Both the position numbers and the translations under genes were made by a program. Below, piece by piece: positions 39,290 through 51,554 of a stretch of 64,000 bases of DNA; position 1 is the stretch's first letter; each line of letters opens with the position of its first letter. The notes below the pieces were generated by a model, which made no database searches, was not told where the DNA came from, and saw nothing but the letters and a program-made list of their open reading frames with translations. Source of the stretch: Octopus sinensis (lineage: Eukaryota); contig NC_043008.1 in assembly GCF_006345805.1 (NCBI RefSeq), forward strand, positions 33,480,001-33,544,000, read 5' to 3'.

Positions 39290-39775
39290 AGTGGCTAATG
39301 GGGGAGCGAGGGGAGCGATCACATTTTTCAAAATTGGCGCCTTTTCAACTATTTTAACTCTTTAGTTCACTCGTGCGATAAAAGTTGAATCTCTATTTTT
39401 TTTTCTTTTGTTAATCGTATGGCCTTCCAATAACTTTCTGTGTTTTTGAATTGTTTGCTCTATCTCCTGTGATGACTTGGTGGTCGCTGACTACTGAAGA
39501 GCCAAAACAAACCCTGATGTCATAACCTCTCGACACTGGACTATCCTGTGGAATTTCATCTATTTCATGTTACACCTGTATCGGTAATTTAAATATCATA
39601 CATAATGATATTGTCACTGAAACATGAAACTAATTGGTGTAGAATACAATTACGTATATTATAACTAATGAAATATTTCGCGTAATATAAGAGAAGTGAG
39701 TTTGGTATGTTCACGACGCCTTTTTTATGTGCTCGTTCCCGCTACTTGGCCATGCTTCTTCCCCCACTGCCCCCA
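39290..39775 (+). mobile_element. Non-autonomous DNA-transposon-like dispersed repeat; diverged copy at 53395-53725
   Basis: Shared blocks TTCAAAATTGGCGCC, TTGTTAATCG(T/C)ATGGC, CAAAACAAACCCTGA(T/C)GTCATAACCTC and TTTTTATGT(G/A)CTCGTTCCCGCT. Confidence 0.65.
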
Positions 39776-40280
39776 GTACTTAAATAGTATATACTTTATT
39801 TTATCAATTCCGGAAGGATGGAACGCAAAGCTGACCTCGGCTAGACTTTAACTTAGAATGTAAAAAAGTCAGAACACTGCCTTGCGGCATTTCTTCCAGC
39901 TCTTTACATTCTAAGCTCAAATCCCATCGTGGTCAACTTTGCTTATTTTCTCTCCTAGGTTGATAAAATAGAGAACCAGTCTGCGATTGGAGGTTATGTC
40001 ATCGATTAATATCCCCCTTCAAATTTACTGGTCTTGGGTCTACGAGAAAGATTAAAATTTTTGTACAAAGTCAGCAATTTTAGGGGGAGGGTATGTCGAT
40101 AACATCGATTGATACTTTTATTTTTATTAATATCGAAGCCGGACGAAATGTCACTGAGCATTTTGTCCTGTGTACTAACAATTCTACTTGTTCACCACCT
40201 CAATACTTTCTTTATTGACCACAAGAATATTTTTCGGACAATAAAAAGTGGGGATTTACATAAAGACGTCTAAACACTCG

Positions 40281-40682
40281 TTTACTCTTTTACTTGTTTC
40301 AGTCATTTGACTGTGACCATGCCGGAGCACCGCCTTTAGTCGAGCAAATCGACCCCAGGACTTATTCTTTGTAGGCTTAGTACTTATTCTATCGGTTTCT
40401 TTTGCCGAATCGCTTAGTTACGGGGACGTAAACACACCAGCATCGGTTGTCAAGCGATGTTGGGGGACAAACACAGACACACAAACATACACATACACAC
40501 ACATACATACATATATATGACGGGCTTCTTTCAGTTTCCGTCTACTAAATCCACTCTCAAGGCTTTGGTCGGCCCGAGGCTATAGTAGAAGACACTTGCC
40601 CAAGGTGACACGCAGTGGGACTGAACCCGGAACCATGTGGTTCGTAAGCAAGCTACTTACCACACAGCCACTCCAACGCCTA
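40281..40682 (-). mobile_element. SINE family B, near full length and close to consensus
   Basis: All family B blocks present; ends CCACACAGCCACTCCAACGCC. Confidence 0.9.
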
Positions 40683-41577
40683 TGAAAAACAATAATAATT
40701 AACAAGAGAATTATAGAAACAAAATTCCCTAATAGAGATCCCAGGGTTGACCAACGATCCCCACAAATCCCGAGTCATTATGATCATCAAGAGCAATTGC
40801 TTATCTCCGTATTTTTCAGCTTACAGTCATATGCTCAGAATATGTCCATTTATTCGGACCATTCTCACAACATTCACTACTGTTTAACAAATTTACTACG
40901 GGTTGGGTGGGGGTAACACATACCTCTCTACTCTCAACTTTCTTTCCATGTGGAACTTGAGACAGTCGATGAGGACTTGGCCAAAGAGGTCCTTTCAATC
41001 TAGTTCACACACAACCTCTTTCGCCATAGTTGCCAGACAGGGGAACATGGTCTGCCTTTCCAGGCTAAAGGAAGGCAGTGGGACGTTCATCACAATGGAG
41101 TCGACTGATAGCCGGATACGTCCTAAACGTTATAGCAGCTGTTTAACATAACTCAACTAGTCAACAATACTCGAGCACTATACGAGCGCACGCAGGACGA
41201 ATTCGTCGCCTTGCACGCATCTCAGGCAGGTGCAGCACCATCATACTTGTAGAGTTTATCCTGAACCGACAATATCCCTACCCTGGTAGCACTGCAAGGC
41301 CATGGGTTTCTGGAAATTATTCAGAAGTCACCCCTCTCCCAAAAGACTAGACACTTGATTTTCATAGACGATAAGATTTTCCCCGAGGACTTCATTGCTC
41401 TTACCCACCACTAAGTCCTCAATAAAACACCAACTAGAGGTGAATGTTCTGCTGCCTTTCTCTCATCTTCCTGACAGAGGCCACTTATGGCGGACTTGCG
41501 GATGAAGGGAAACTTCTTTCGTTTATTGTAGTGGTGTCAGAACAGTTATTCTAGTTTATGGTGTAGGTATCTGTTGT

Positions 41578-41940
41578 TGCGAGCTGGCAGAAACGTTAGC
41601 GCACCGGGCGAAATGCTTAGCGGTATTTCGTCTGCGTTACGTTGTGAGTTCAAATTCCGCCGAGGTCGACTTTGCCTTTCATACTTTCGGGGTCGATAAA
41701 TTAAGTACCAGGTAAGCACTGGGGTCGATGTAATCGACTTAATCCGTTTGTCTGTCCTTGTTTGTTCTCTCTGTGTTTAGCCCCTTGTGGGCAGTAAAGA
41801 AATAGGTATTTCGTCTGCCACTACGTTCTGAGTTCAAATTCCGCCGAGGTCGACTTTGCCTTTCATCCTTTCGGGGTCGATAAATTAAGTACCAGTTACG
41901 CACTGGGGTCGATTAATCGACTTAATCCCTTTGTCTGTCT
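41578..41940 (+). mobile_element. SINE family A dimer (full monomer + headless monomer)
   Basis: Junction AAAGAAATAG|GTATTTCGTCTGCCACTACG at about 41805. Confidence 0.85.
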
Positions 41941-41979
41941 TTTTCATGTCTCAAAAGTGATTAAAATAAAATACTACCC

Positions 41980-42134
41980 AGGCATGGCTGCATGGTAAGA
42001 AGCTTGCTTTCCAATCATATGGTTCAGGGTCCAATCGCACTGTGTGGCACCTAGGGCAAGCGTCTTCTACTATAACCTCGGGACGAGAAAAGCCTTGTGA
42101 GTGGATTTGATAGACGGAAACAGAAAGAAGCCCG

Positions 42135-42169
<35 letters not shown>

Positions 42170-42410
42170 TGCGTGTGTATGTATGTATGTGTGTGTGTGT
42201 TTGTTTCCCACCATCACCACTTGACAATCGGTGTTGGTGTGTTTACGTCCCCGCAAATTAGCGGTCAGCAAAAGAGACCGATAGAATTAGTACTAGGCTT
42301 TAAAAAAAAAATCCAGAGGTTGATTCGTTCGACTAAAACCCTTCAAGGCGGTACCTCAGCATGGCCGCAGTTAGTTGAGTGAAATAAGTAAAAGATAAAG
42401 GATAAAAGAC
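41980..42410 (+). mobile_element. SINE family B
   Basis: Family B head, internal (GT)n and tail. Confidence 0.85.
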
Positions 42411-42992
42411 ACCAGTCCACAACTTGTATCTATCTAATTGGTTGAACTCTTGTCCTGAAATATTTGGCGAGGGATGTAGATGTCAGAATCGCAGAGGCGT
42501 CGTAAATTTCGTAAAAATACCTTGCTACATTTAATCATGTCACTTTACGTTCTGAGTTCAAATCCTACTTAGATGAATTTTATCTTTCATCCTCCCGAAG
42601 TCGATAAATTAAATACCAGTCAGGACCCACAGTCAAACTGATAGATTGTTTCCACACCCCAAATTTTTGGCTTTGCACTTACGTAAAGAATTATTTTGCT
42701 GGCTAGCACTGCTCATATTACAAGCAGTTATTGCAAACATTCATTATTGCACAACGCAAAACGAATCCAAAAAAAGAATACTTCCATCGTAAACAAACCA
42801 TTTTTTACCAAATAATTCATAAAATAACATCATAAAATCAGTTCTGATAACAACACACATATCAAGAGTTTAATACGTATCACATACATAAATAAATAAA
42901 TAAATACATACATACATACATACATACATACATACATACAAATACTCATATGTATATATGTATAATTAGCTAGCTAGAAGTGTGTGTGTGTA

Positions 42993-43385
42993 GATGCAGG
43001 CGTAGCTGTGTGGCAAGAAGCTTGCTTCCCAATCACATGGTTCCGGGTTCAGTACTACTGCGAAGCACCTTGGGCAAATGTCTTCTATCATAGCCTCGGG
43101 CGGACCAAAGCCTTGTGAGTAGATTAGGTAAACAGAAACTGAAAGAAGCTCGTCGTGTGTGTGTGTGTGTGTGTCTTTGTGTTTGTCTACCATCACTGCT
43201 TGACAACCGCTGTTGGTGTATTTACGTCCCCGTAACTTAGCAGTTCAGCAAAAGAAAACGATAGAATAAGTACTAGGATTTTAAAAAAATATGAAGTTCT
43301 GATGTCGACTTGTTCAACTGAAATCTTTCAAGGCGATACTCCAGCATGGCCGCAGTCAAATGACTGAAACAAGTAAAAGAGTATA
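42993..43385 (+). mobile_element. SINE family B
   Basis: Family B head, internal (GT)n and tail. Confidence 0.85.
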
Positions 43386-44121
43386 TATACAAGTGCGGTG
43401 CCAGGAAATTTTTCGAAGGAAGAGCACAAGGTCAGAAGGGAATACAATTCCAGGAGAAAAGGACGTAATAAAACTATTTAGAAGGGCGCACTTCTTTTCT
43501 TGAGGGGACATGTGCCCCTCAGCCCTCGCCTTGGATCCACCCCTGATATATATATATATCTTTATATATATATAAGGGAAATTATAGAAGGAACACATCC
43601 AGGCAATCAATACAAATTCCAAAGCATAATTTTAAACACACAACGAAATAAATATACGTATAAATTTGTAAATCAGTGAACAAAATTACATGTAAAACTC
43701 ATATGTGAAAACTATGCATCATGTACATTGGGTTCAGGTACCGAATAGAAGTGTAATAAATAGAGATAAAAATTCGAGGCAAGGACTTCCAAAAGGAACT
43801 GTTCGAATCGATTAAGAATTTTATGTTAAAACGAAATGTCGGATGAGAGTTCAAAATTTAAAGATTCAGGGGTAAATAAATAGATAAACAGGTAGTTAAA
43901 ATAAATATATACAGATTCGGTTGAATTCGGGTAAAGGATATGTTTAAAAGTATGCTTTGGAATTTGTATTGATTGCCTGGATGTGTTACTTCTATTATTT
44001 CCCTTGTCCTTCGATTTAGCTCGCAATGAACACTTCTTAATACAGTCCATATATTGTGAAGTATACTTAAAAACATACTTTATAAGAAAATTTAACTTCA
44101 TATATATGAATCTATATATAT

Positions 44122-44535
44122 ATATTGTTATATTTCGGAATGGTCATATTGCCAGTTTAGCCAATAAAAACACACGCACTATATATTTGGTGTTATTTTG
44201 CTTCAGTGATATTCATTTTTTACATTAATCTTAATCTTATTTCGGCCAGAGTTCTTTCGTCACACTCCTGTGACCTCATCAGTGGTCCTTTGTTTTCTTC
44301 TTTCTTATTTGTTTGTGTTTCTCCTTACTAACCGTCAGACACAAACAAATAAGAAAGAAGAAAACAAAGGACCACTGATGCGGTCACAGGAGTGTGACGA
44401 AAGAACTCTGGCCGAAATAAGATTAAGATTAATGTAAAAAATGAATATCACTGAAGCAAAATAACACCAAATATATAGTGCGTGTGTTTTTATTGGCTAA
44501 ACTGGCAATATGACCATTCCGAAATATAACAATAT
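44122..44535. mobile_element. Near-perfect fold-back element (197-bp arms, 20-bp spacer) with a long TSD, probably PLE-derived
   Basis: Arms 44122-44318 and 44339-44535 show one mismatch I could find. The direct repeat ATATATATGAATCTATATATATATA flanks the element at about 44100 and 44599. Confidence 0.85.
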
Positions 44536-44639
44536 CTGTTTCAACACACGATTTCACATAAAAAATCTTGCACAACAAATATTTAAACGTATATATATAT
44601 ATATATGAATCTATATATATATATATATATATATATATG

Positions 44640-45816
44640 GACGGACATGATGGCGGGCCGTCACCACACCCACTTCCGTTGGGTACGGAGATTCCGAATC
44701 TGTAAAAATATTGGCAATTCAAAATTTATCCCTCGAAAATTGTGCACCCGCTTCACGAAGTGTTAAACCAGCTTGCGCCAGAACTTCAATACATTTCTAA
44801 AACATTCTGGCGAGGTTCATCCCCCGAAAATTCCAACGATATGTAAATGCGCTGCATTTTGTACAAAAACCACTTTCGATCGTAAAAAATAATAATAAAA
44901 TAATAAAAATTGAACACTATAGTTTCAATTTCTGTCACAGTATACCTCATTTTACCCTGGAAAATTTCTCTGAAAGACATCTTTGCAGAAAGGTGTGTAG
45001 ATTGATTACATATTTCTTTCATTATTTTATTGCAAATATCCATTTTTGTGAAAGTTATGAGGAAACAAAGTCGAGGGAACACACTTGTGTAGGAATGCGT
45101 ACAAAGTATGTTCGTGTGTGCCAAACAGGTTGTCGGAGATTTTATTATGTGGTGAGGGGTGGGGTGAAGTGAAATTAAAAAAAAAAATGTCTAACTGTCA
45201 CTACCCGATACCCTTGGCAAAAATCGGCATTTCAAAATTTCAACTTCACCCCCACCCCACCCCACCCAATTTCTTCATGTTTCACGTTTTTCAGAATTTT
45301 TATAGGGTGAAATACTTTCTTTGGATTAATGTTTTCGCTATCGGAATTTACGATTTCGCAAAAAAAAAAAAATCTTTTTAATTTCAGCTTCATTCTCAAT
45401 TTCAGTGAAGGGGCACGTGGAGAGACTGCTTGAAGACCTATTTAATGCGGGGGTTGGAAAAGCCCTATACATGCGCAATGATCGGAAGGTTTTAAAAACA
45501 TCCTGTATATGCCGTACATTAGCAAGAGGTAGGGGAGGGTTTTTTTTTTTTGTGGAAAATTGAAATCTAAAAAAATTTTTTCCAGAATCATAATCTCCGT
45601 ATTTTCTCACGTATTTCGCGGAAAAAAAAAATTCAGAAAAAAGTGAAAAATGAAGAAGCTGGGGTGGGGTGGGGATGGGGGAATTAAATTTTCAAAATGC
45701 CAATTTTTTTACAGATTCGGTATCTCCATACCCCAAAACGTTGGTTTCTGCTGAAGAAAAAGAAAAAAAACAAAAAAAACAGAAGTAAGGTGTGGTGACG
45801 GTCCACCATGTCCGTC
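44640..45816. mobile_element. About 1.18-kb non-autonomous TIR element, superfamily unassigned
   Basis: Long imperfect TIRs: GACGGACATG..CCGTCACCACACC..GGAGAT(T/A)CCGAATCTGTAAAAA..TTGGCA at the left end and its reverse complement at the right end. Confidence 0.75.
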
Positions 45817-45974
45817 TTCATCGTTTAGACGGTGAATTGGAAGAACCACAAAAGTGCCGGACGAAATCCCTGTCGTATTTAGTTATATAGCTCTGTGTCT
45901 TGAGTTTAAATTCCGGTGAGGTCAAATTTCTCTAGTCAGGTTCAGGGATTGACTCCTATATGCATCTAGATGTG

Positions 45975-46295
45975 TGAAAGTGCGTGGTTTAGTGATGAAG
46001 GTTTCCTGCTTACGATCGTAAGTTCGTGAGTTCAACTCCCGGCGACACCTTGTGTCCTTGAGCAAGACATTTTATTTCATGCTGCTCCAGTCCACTCAGC
46101 CGGCGAAAATGTGTAGTACCTGTATTTCAAATAACCAGCCTTGTCACACTCTGTGTCACTCTGAACCTCCTTGAGAACTATGTTAATGGTACACGTGTTT
46201 GTGGAGCACTCGGCCATCTGCACGTTGATTTCATTTGCAAACTGTTCCGTTGACCGGATCAACTGGAATCCCTGTCGTCGTAACCGACGGGATGC
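45975..46295 (+). mobile_element. SINE family C
   Basis: GAGTTCAACTCCC (B box), CCTTGAGCAAGAC and CTCCAGTCCACTCAGC. Homologous to 27457-27765. Confidence 0.8.
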
Positions 46296-46369
46296 ATCTA
46301 GGTGTGAATGAATCACTTTTTCGATTCGAGAGCTCGATGAAAGTGAAAGAATTTAACTTGTCAGAAAAA

Positions 46370-46790
46370 GGCGGCGAGCTGGCAGAGACGTTAGCACGCC
46401 GGACGAAATGCGTAGCCGTATTTCGTCTGCCGTTACGTTCTGAGTTCAAATTCCGCCGAGGTCGACTTTGCCTTTCATCCTTTCGGGGTCGATAAATTAA
46501 GTACCAGTTACGCACTTGGGTCGATATAATCGACTTAATCCGTCTGTCTGTCCTTGTTTGTCCCCTCTGTGTTTAGCCCCTTGTGGGTAGTAAAGAAATA
46601 AGTATTTCGTCTGCCACTACGTTCTGAGTTCAAATTCCGCCAAGGTCGACTTTGCCTTTCATCCTTTCGGGGTCGATAAATTAAGTACCAGTAACGCACT
46701 GGGGTCGATATAATCAACTTAATCCGTCTGTCTGTCCTTGTTTGTTCCCTCTATGTTTAGCCTCTTGTGCGCAATAAAGAAATAAGAAAA
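46370..46790 (+). mobile_element. SINE family A dimer
   Basis: Same junction AAAGAAATAA|GTATTTCGTCTGCCACTACG at about 46600. Confidence 0.88.
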
Positions 46791-47198
46791 AGGTATTTTC
46801 CAGTCAAAGAAATAAAAGTTTTCAAAAGCGCAGACTAATACATGAGAAGAATGGCTTGCTGTACCTGATCGCAATGACAATTTTTTTTACAAACTTTTAG
46901 TACGCCTCCATGGACATTTATATTTACAATGTGGATTTTCAATGACCTTTATATCCTCAACACAACTAAAAACATGGAAGAAAATTCAAATGTTATGAAA
47001 AAAGCCAAAATAAATTTAAATATTCGGTACAAGATAGTTTGGCATTCTTTCGTTTGAACCCGCACACTTCGCTATTTTCCCCAATTTTAAAAATTTATTT
47101 AGTTTTATTTTTGCACGCCGTGTTCAGCTCTATATATTTGTAGTTAGTGACACACGCACATGTGTGTGTTTGTATGTATGTTTGTATACATTTATGTA

Positions 47199-47246
<48 letters not shown>

Positions 47247-47759
47247 GGTGTGTTGTCATGTATACGTACATACATGAATGCATGAATATGCATACTTCTT
47301 TTTTGTATGTGTGCGTGTGTGTGTGTGTAAGACAGAGAGACAGAGAATGATGTCTAAGTGGCACTCACTTTCTCTCACTCTCTCTCTCTCTCTTCCTTTC
47401 TCTCTCTCACACATAAACACAAACGCGCGCGCGCGCGTCCTTTTCAAATACACTTAAATACGTCTTTCCCTTTCTCCTCTCTTTCACTTTAAAACAAAAG
47501 TAAATAAATAAAACAATTTTGCGGAAATTGACGAAAACCAGCTGCTCGTTTTGGCATTTCTGAGGGTTCAACCGAAAGAATGCCGATAACTTTTAACGAG
47601 CTTTTATTTATACGATTTTCTCATTTTATGTTTATTTCATTCAATTTGCAATGTTCTCTCTCTCTCTCTCTTTCTTTCTCTCTCTCTTTCACACACACAC
47701 ACACACTCACTCACACCTTGTCTCTGTAATACAGACACATATACATTCCAGGTTTACTA

Positions 47760-47880
47760 CAAGAAAACCGCCCGGAGGACGGTCTTTCTGCTAGTCAGTA
47801 CCTATGTGTTAATGCGGATATGGCTCGACCAATCAGCATTGGCTGACTTGTTTTAGTTGACGCTGTGAGCATCAAAGGAA
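47760..47880. promoter_or_regulatory. Possible promoter/enhancer-like segment
   Basis: Non-repetitive CpG-containing stretch with an inverted CCAAT pair CCAATCAGCATTGG, near a (CG)n run at about 47425. Motif-level evidence only. Confidence 0.25.
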
Positions 47881-48599
47881 GTAAGCAAGTTTTCCCACCA
47901 AATAGTTCCATCAAAGATTCTAGAAACTTTTGCTTACAATTATAAAAAGCCGGTCATATTAAACTCAGGCAGAACTATCCAGAATCTACACGGAGCCTAT
48001 GTCCCTCCCTTCCTTGTAAAAGTCTCATGTCTTCTGCTTTTCCTTCATGTTTGCTCTATGTTCAACAAAAAGTACTACCTTTGGGAAGTAATGTCGAATC
48101 ATGCACACATTATTTAGCTGCAGTAGTTCTAAATCTTTCCACTCGTTTCGTCTTTAATTCTACGAACTACTTTCAATCTTGCATATTGTATTACAAAAGA
48201 CGCAGCTATCGCTTTCGCTATCTCATAACTGTTGTTCAATTAAATCAAATAGTTCTACACATGTAACTATAAATGCTTCAGGTTAAATAAAATAGCTGAT
48301 AACTCAAATAAATACTAGTATGATCATTCTAGCCTTCATATGCATCCTACTTAATGTTGCGTACTACTGATGAAGAATTAATGACTAAAGATCCGCTAAA
48401 CTGGGAAACCACGACGTTTTTAATAACAAAAACGATGGTCGCTTAATCTGGTAGTCATTCTAACTCTTTTTCCAATAACCTTTAACCGATTGTAGTAGTT
48501 AATAACCATACTTCGCTCTCGTTAATTCAGGATGTATTTGGTCGCACAGGATACTTTATGATCATTCTACAGTTTTCATTTTTCAAACTGAATCTTTTC

Positions 48600-48769
48600 C
48601 AGGCCCGTCGCTAGAATCTGATGCCTGGGGATGCTTCAGAATATTCTGGGTGGGCGCTAATTTGTATTGCGGGTAGATTTTTGGGAACTGTATTTTCTAA
48701 ATATGAGGGTGCACCATTGAATAATGAGGGCAGAGTGCCGTCCTGTGCACCCGCTTAGCGACGGGCATG
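48600..48769. mobile_element. Short MITE (hAT-like termini) followed by a diverged duplicate of its right end (to about 48901)
   Basis: CAGGCCCGTCGCTA / TAGCGACGGGCATG. No clean TSD seen. Confidence 0.55.
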
Positions 48770-49052
48770 TTAGTCACACTTAAAGAAATGCATTGCAGGA
48801 AGATTTTTGTAAACTGAATTTTCTAAATCTGAAGGTACACCATTGAATAGTGAGGATGGCGTGTCGTGCAGTGCATCCCACATCCCTCTGCGACGTGCAT
48901 GTTCCTTTCTCTTTCAAAGGATCTTTGAAACGAAGAAGCGCTGTGAATGAAATTATTAGAGAGCTCTAGAGCAAACCCCAACAGGTTCACGATCAAAAGA
49001 TGTTCCTGTGACTATTCCGTATTTAATTTCTTTTTTGAATTAAATGTATTTA

Positions 49053-49380
49053 CGAGGGGTGTAAATGTTTGAATTCACGATGCCAGCGTTTTACAAGGTC
49101 ATATGATGGGGCATCATCACCATAAGTTACTTTCATTTCATCAAAAGTCTCCCGTGGTGTGCGTCCTTTCAAATACAAAAACCGGATCACTGCTCGACAC
49201 TCAACAGGCTCCATTTCACACTTGACTCAGTTCAAACACCTGTAAATCAGAAACCACAATTAGTTCAGAGCTGTAATTTGCCACTTAATCTATAGAGATA
49301 TAAACATTGCACATGCAAAATTTCAGCTAGATCAAACAACTGCAAGTGGGTCAGGGGCATTACTTATTGAACGTCCCTCG
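49053..49380 (-). mobile_element. Internally deleted mariner (MITE) keeping the N-terminal HTH coding region
   Basis: TA|CGAGGG termini on both ends. ATG at 49214 reads MEPVECRAVIRFLYLKGRTPRETFDEMKVTYGDDAPSYDLVKRWHREFKH. Confidence 0.85.
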
Positions 49381-50969
49381 TAGGACTACATTTACAACGC
49401 TCTTTTTTTTTTCTTTTTTTTTTTACAAAATAATATGCAGATTTTATTTCTAGTAGTTCGGGCGACCTCTATAGAAACTCACTCGCAGGTTCAAAAGTAT
49501 CTTTTGTAGCGATGTTCCATATGCGACGTTTTAGTGACGTTTAAGTACGCTACTGTTTGCCACAAATTTTGTAAACATGTTTTATCTGTCATTTTGCTTC
49601 AACTAAGAGGAGTTACTTGTTGCTGCTCCAAGAGACATGGTTGAACTAACGAACGATAAAATTGGCTATTGTCCATTCATGCTTTCAGGTGTTTTGAATA
49701 ACGAGATACTTTAAACTGGATGATAAAAAAAAAATCGATGCAACCTCTATTCCACTAGATTTCAACTGGGTATGTTTGTTTTACAATATTTTCCCCTCAA
49801 ACAGCACTTTCCTGTTAACTCGACACGTCTACACAAAGAGGGACTTAAATTTATGAACATATGTTAAATATTATTTTCTACAACATGAACACCATACAAT
49901 AACTCTAATAACAAAGGATATGAATAATTCAATAGACATATACAAACACGAATATATACACACTATCTTTTCAACAAATGTAACCTAATTTTTATTAATA
50001 ATCTATATCAAAACCTAGGAATTGTCTATGAATAAATTACTGTCATATCACATATGTTATTTTTCATTGTATGCGCTGCTGTCCATTTTCAAACTTATAT
50101 TTCACTACTTAGGTAATTGCATACACTTGCTGAAAACTACTTTAAATTCTAGTACCGCTCAGGCCAGATAAGGTTTATTCTTCTTCTAGAACGTGGAAAA
50201 TAAAATAAAATTCATATATGTAATTTGATTGATATTATCTCTGCGCATTCTTAATTTTCTTCGTATTCATTATCAGTCTCGCTGGTTATTGCCATATATA
50301 TATATATACAATTTATTAATAAAGCTGTAAAGACATCACAATGACTGTTACTCAGAGTTTCACGTTCCAGTTCGTCGGACAGTTTTTGATTTTGCAACAA
50401 GCGTTGATTTCTTGGAGAGGTTTTAGAACTAGCATTTTTGCTTGTTGCAAAATTAGCGACTGTGTGTTCGTTTGAAATATATACATTGCGAACAAAAGCA
50501 AGCTACTGCCATCTCTAGCAGACTAGGTGTCCAGTATTAAAGAGTGACAGAAATAACCCGAAACCAGGACTGATCTACTGGTCCCGTCGCTAGAAGGTGG
50601 TAGGGGTTCGCTTCCCTGCTCGCAATTTATCGGATCCAGCTCTGCATCGTTAACCAGCGAGTTAAAAAAATTTGCTGCAGAGTCTGTTCGAATGGATAGC
50701 CATGTTGAAGTGGCTACGAATATTACATGTATATATATATATATATATAATATATTATATAATGAGAAGTTTTGGTATCCAGTTGATCCAAAAGGCAGAT
50801 AAGGCTATGTAAGTGCTACGGAAGGACCGCTGTTAGACTCCCGGTTCGATAAAAGTATGAGTGAGGAATCTAACGCGAGTCGTGTGTGAGCGTGTATAGG
50901 TTAAATAAAATGAGGCAATAAAGCCAAGGTAGTGTGAAATTTATAGGACATTTTATAAAAAGGAGAGTA

Positions 50970-51017
50970 GTCTTACAGCTGTTTCAGGGATGTAAAAGAT
51001 ATCCCATCATCAGAGAC
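50970..51017 (-). ncRNA. Minimal type I hammerhead ribozyme motif, core intact
   Basis: Minus strand: GTCT-CTGATGA-T-GGGAT(ATCTTTTAC)ATCCC-T-GAAA-CAGCTG-TA^AGAC. Confidence 0.7.
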
Positions 51018-51416
51018 GGTACGGGAGAGTTAAACAGAAGGAAATATTGGAGTTGAGTATAAGAAGTTATTTTGGAAAAGGAGAGATATAGGAAGTGTAA
51101 AGGGAAATATAAGAATAAAAATAAAGATATATGTTAAACTTGCTGTTCCAAGTAATGTGTTGTGTAGAATGGGTAAAAAGGCTTCTTGTCCATGGTATGT
51201 AAGTTCTGATAGGAGTTTATATTTTGTTATTACAAATGGATAGTGCGCAAGTATTAATTTCATGTGGTGTTCATTCATTCGAGATCAAATTTAACATCGA
51301 ACATGTATCTTTATTTGTATTCTTACATTTCCCTTTATACTTCCTATATCTCTTCTTTCCAAAATAACTTCTTATATTGAACTCCACTATTTCCTTCTAT
51401 TTAACTCTTTCGCATC

Positions 51417-51464
51417 GTCTCTGGTGATGGAATATCTTTTACATCCCTGAAACAGCTGTAAGAC
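51417..51464 (+). ncRNA. Hammerhead motif, degenerate (core reads CTGGTGA)
   Basis: GTCT-CTGGTGA-TGGAAT..ATCCCT-GAAA-CAGCTG-TA^AGAC. A6 is mutated to G. Confidence 0.55.
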
Positions 51465-51554
51465 TATCCTCCTCTTTATAACATGTCCTATAAATTTCAC
51501 ACTGCCTTAACTTTTGTCTCATTTGACACACACACACACACACATATATATATA

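Larger units (their letters stand above)
50770..51528. mobile_element. Penelope-like pseudo-LTR fold-back element (arms about 50893-51130 and 51305-51525), same family as 22062-22885
   Basis: Shared blocks GCTAAGTGCTAC / GCTATGTAAGTGCTAC, GTTAGACTC(T/C)CGGTTCGATAA and AGTCTTACAGCTGTTTC, in an inverted arrangement. Confidence 0.75.

Noticed and set aside
40820-41560. GC-richer segment with SVDSIVMNVP, faintly like the PLE RT motif SFDV.SLFTNVP
   Set aside because: No other RT motifs at the right spacing and all frames are interrupted, so it cannot be classified from the sequence alone.
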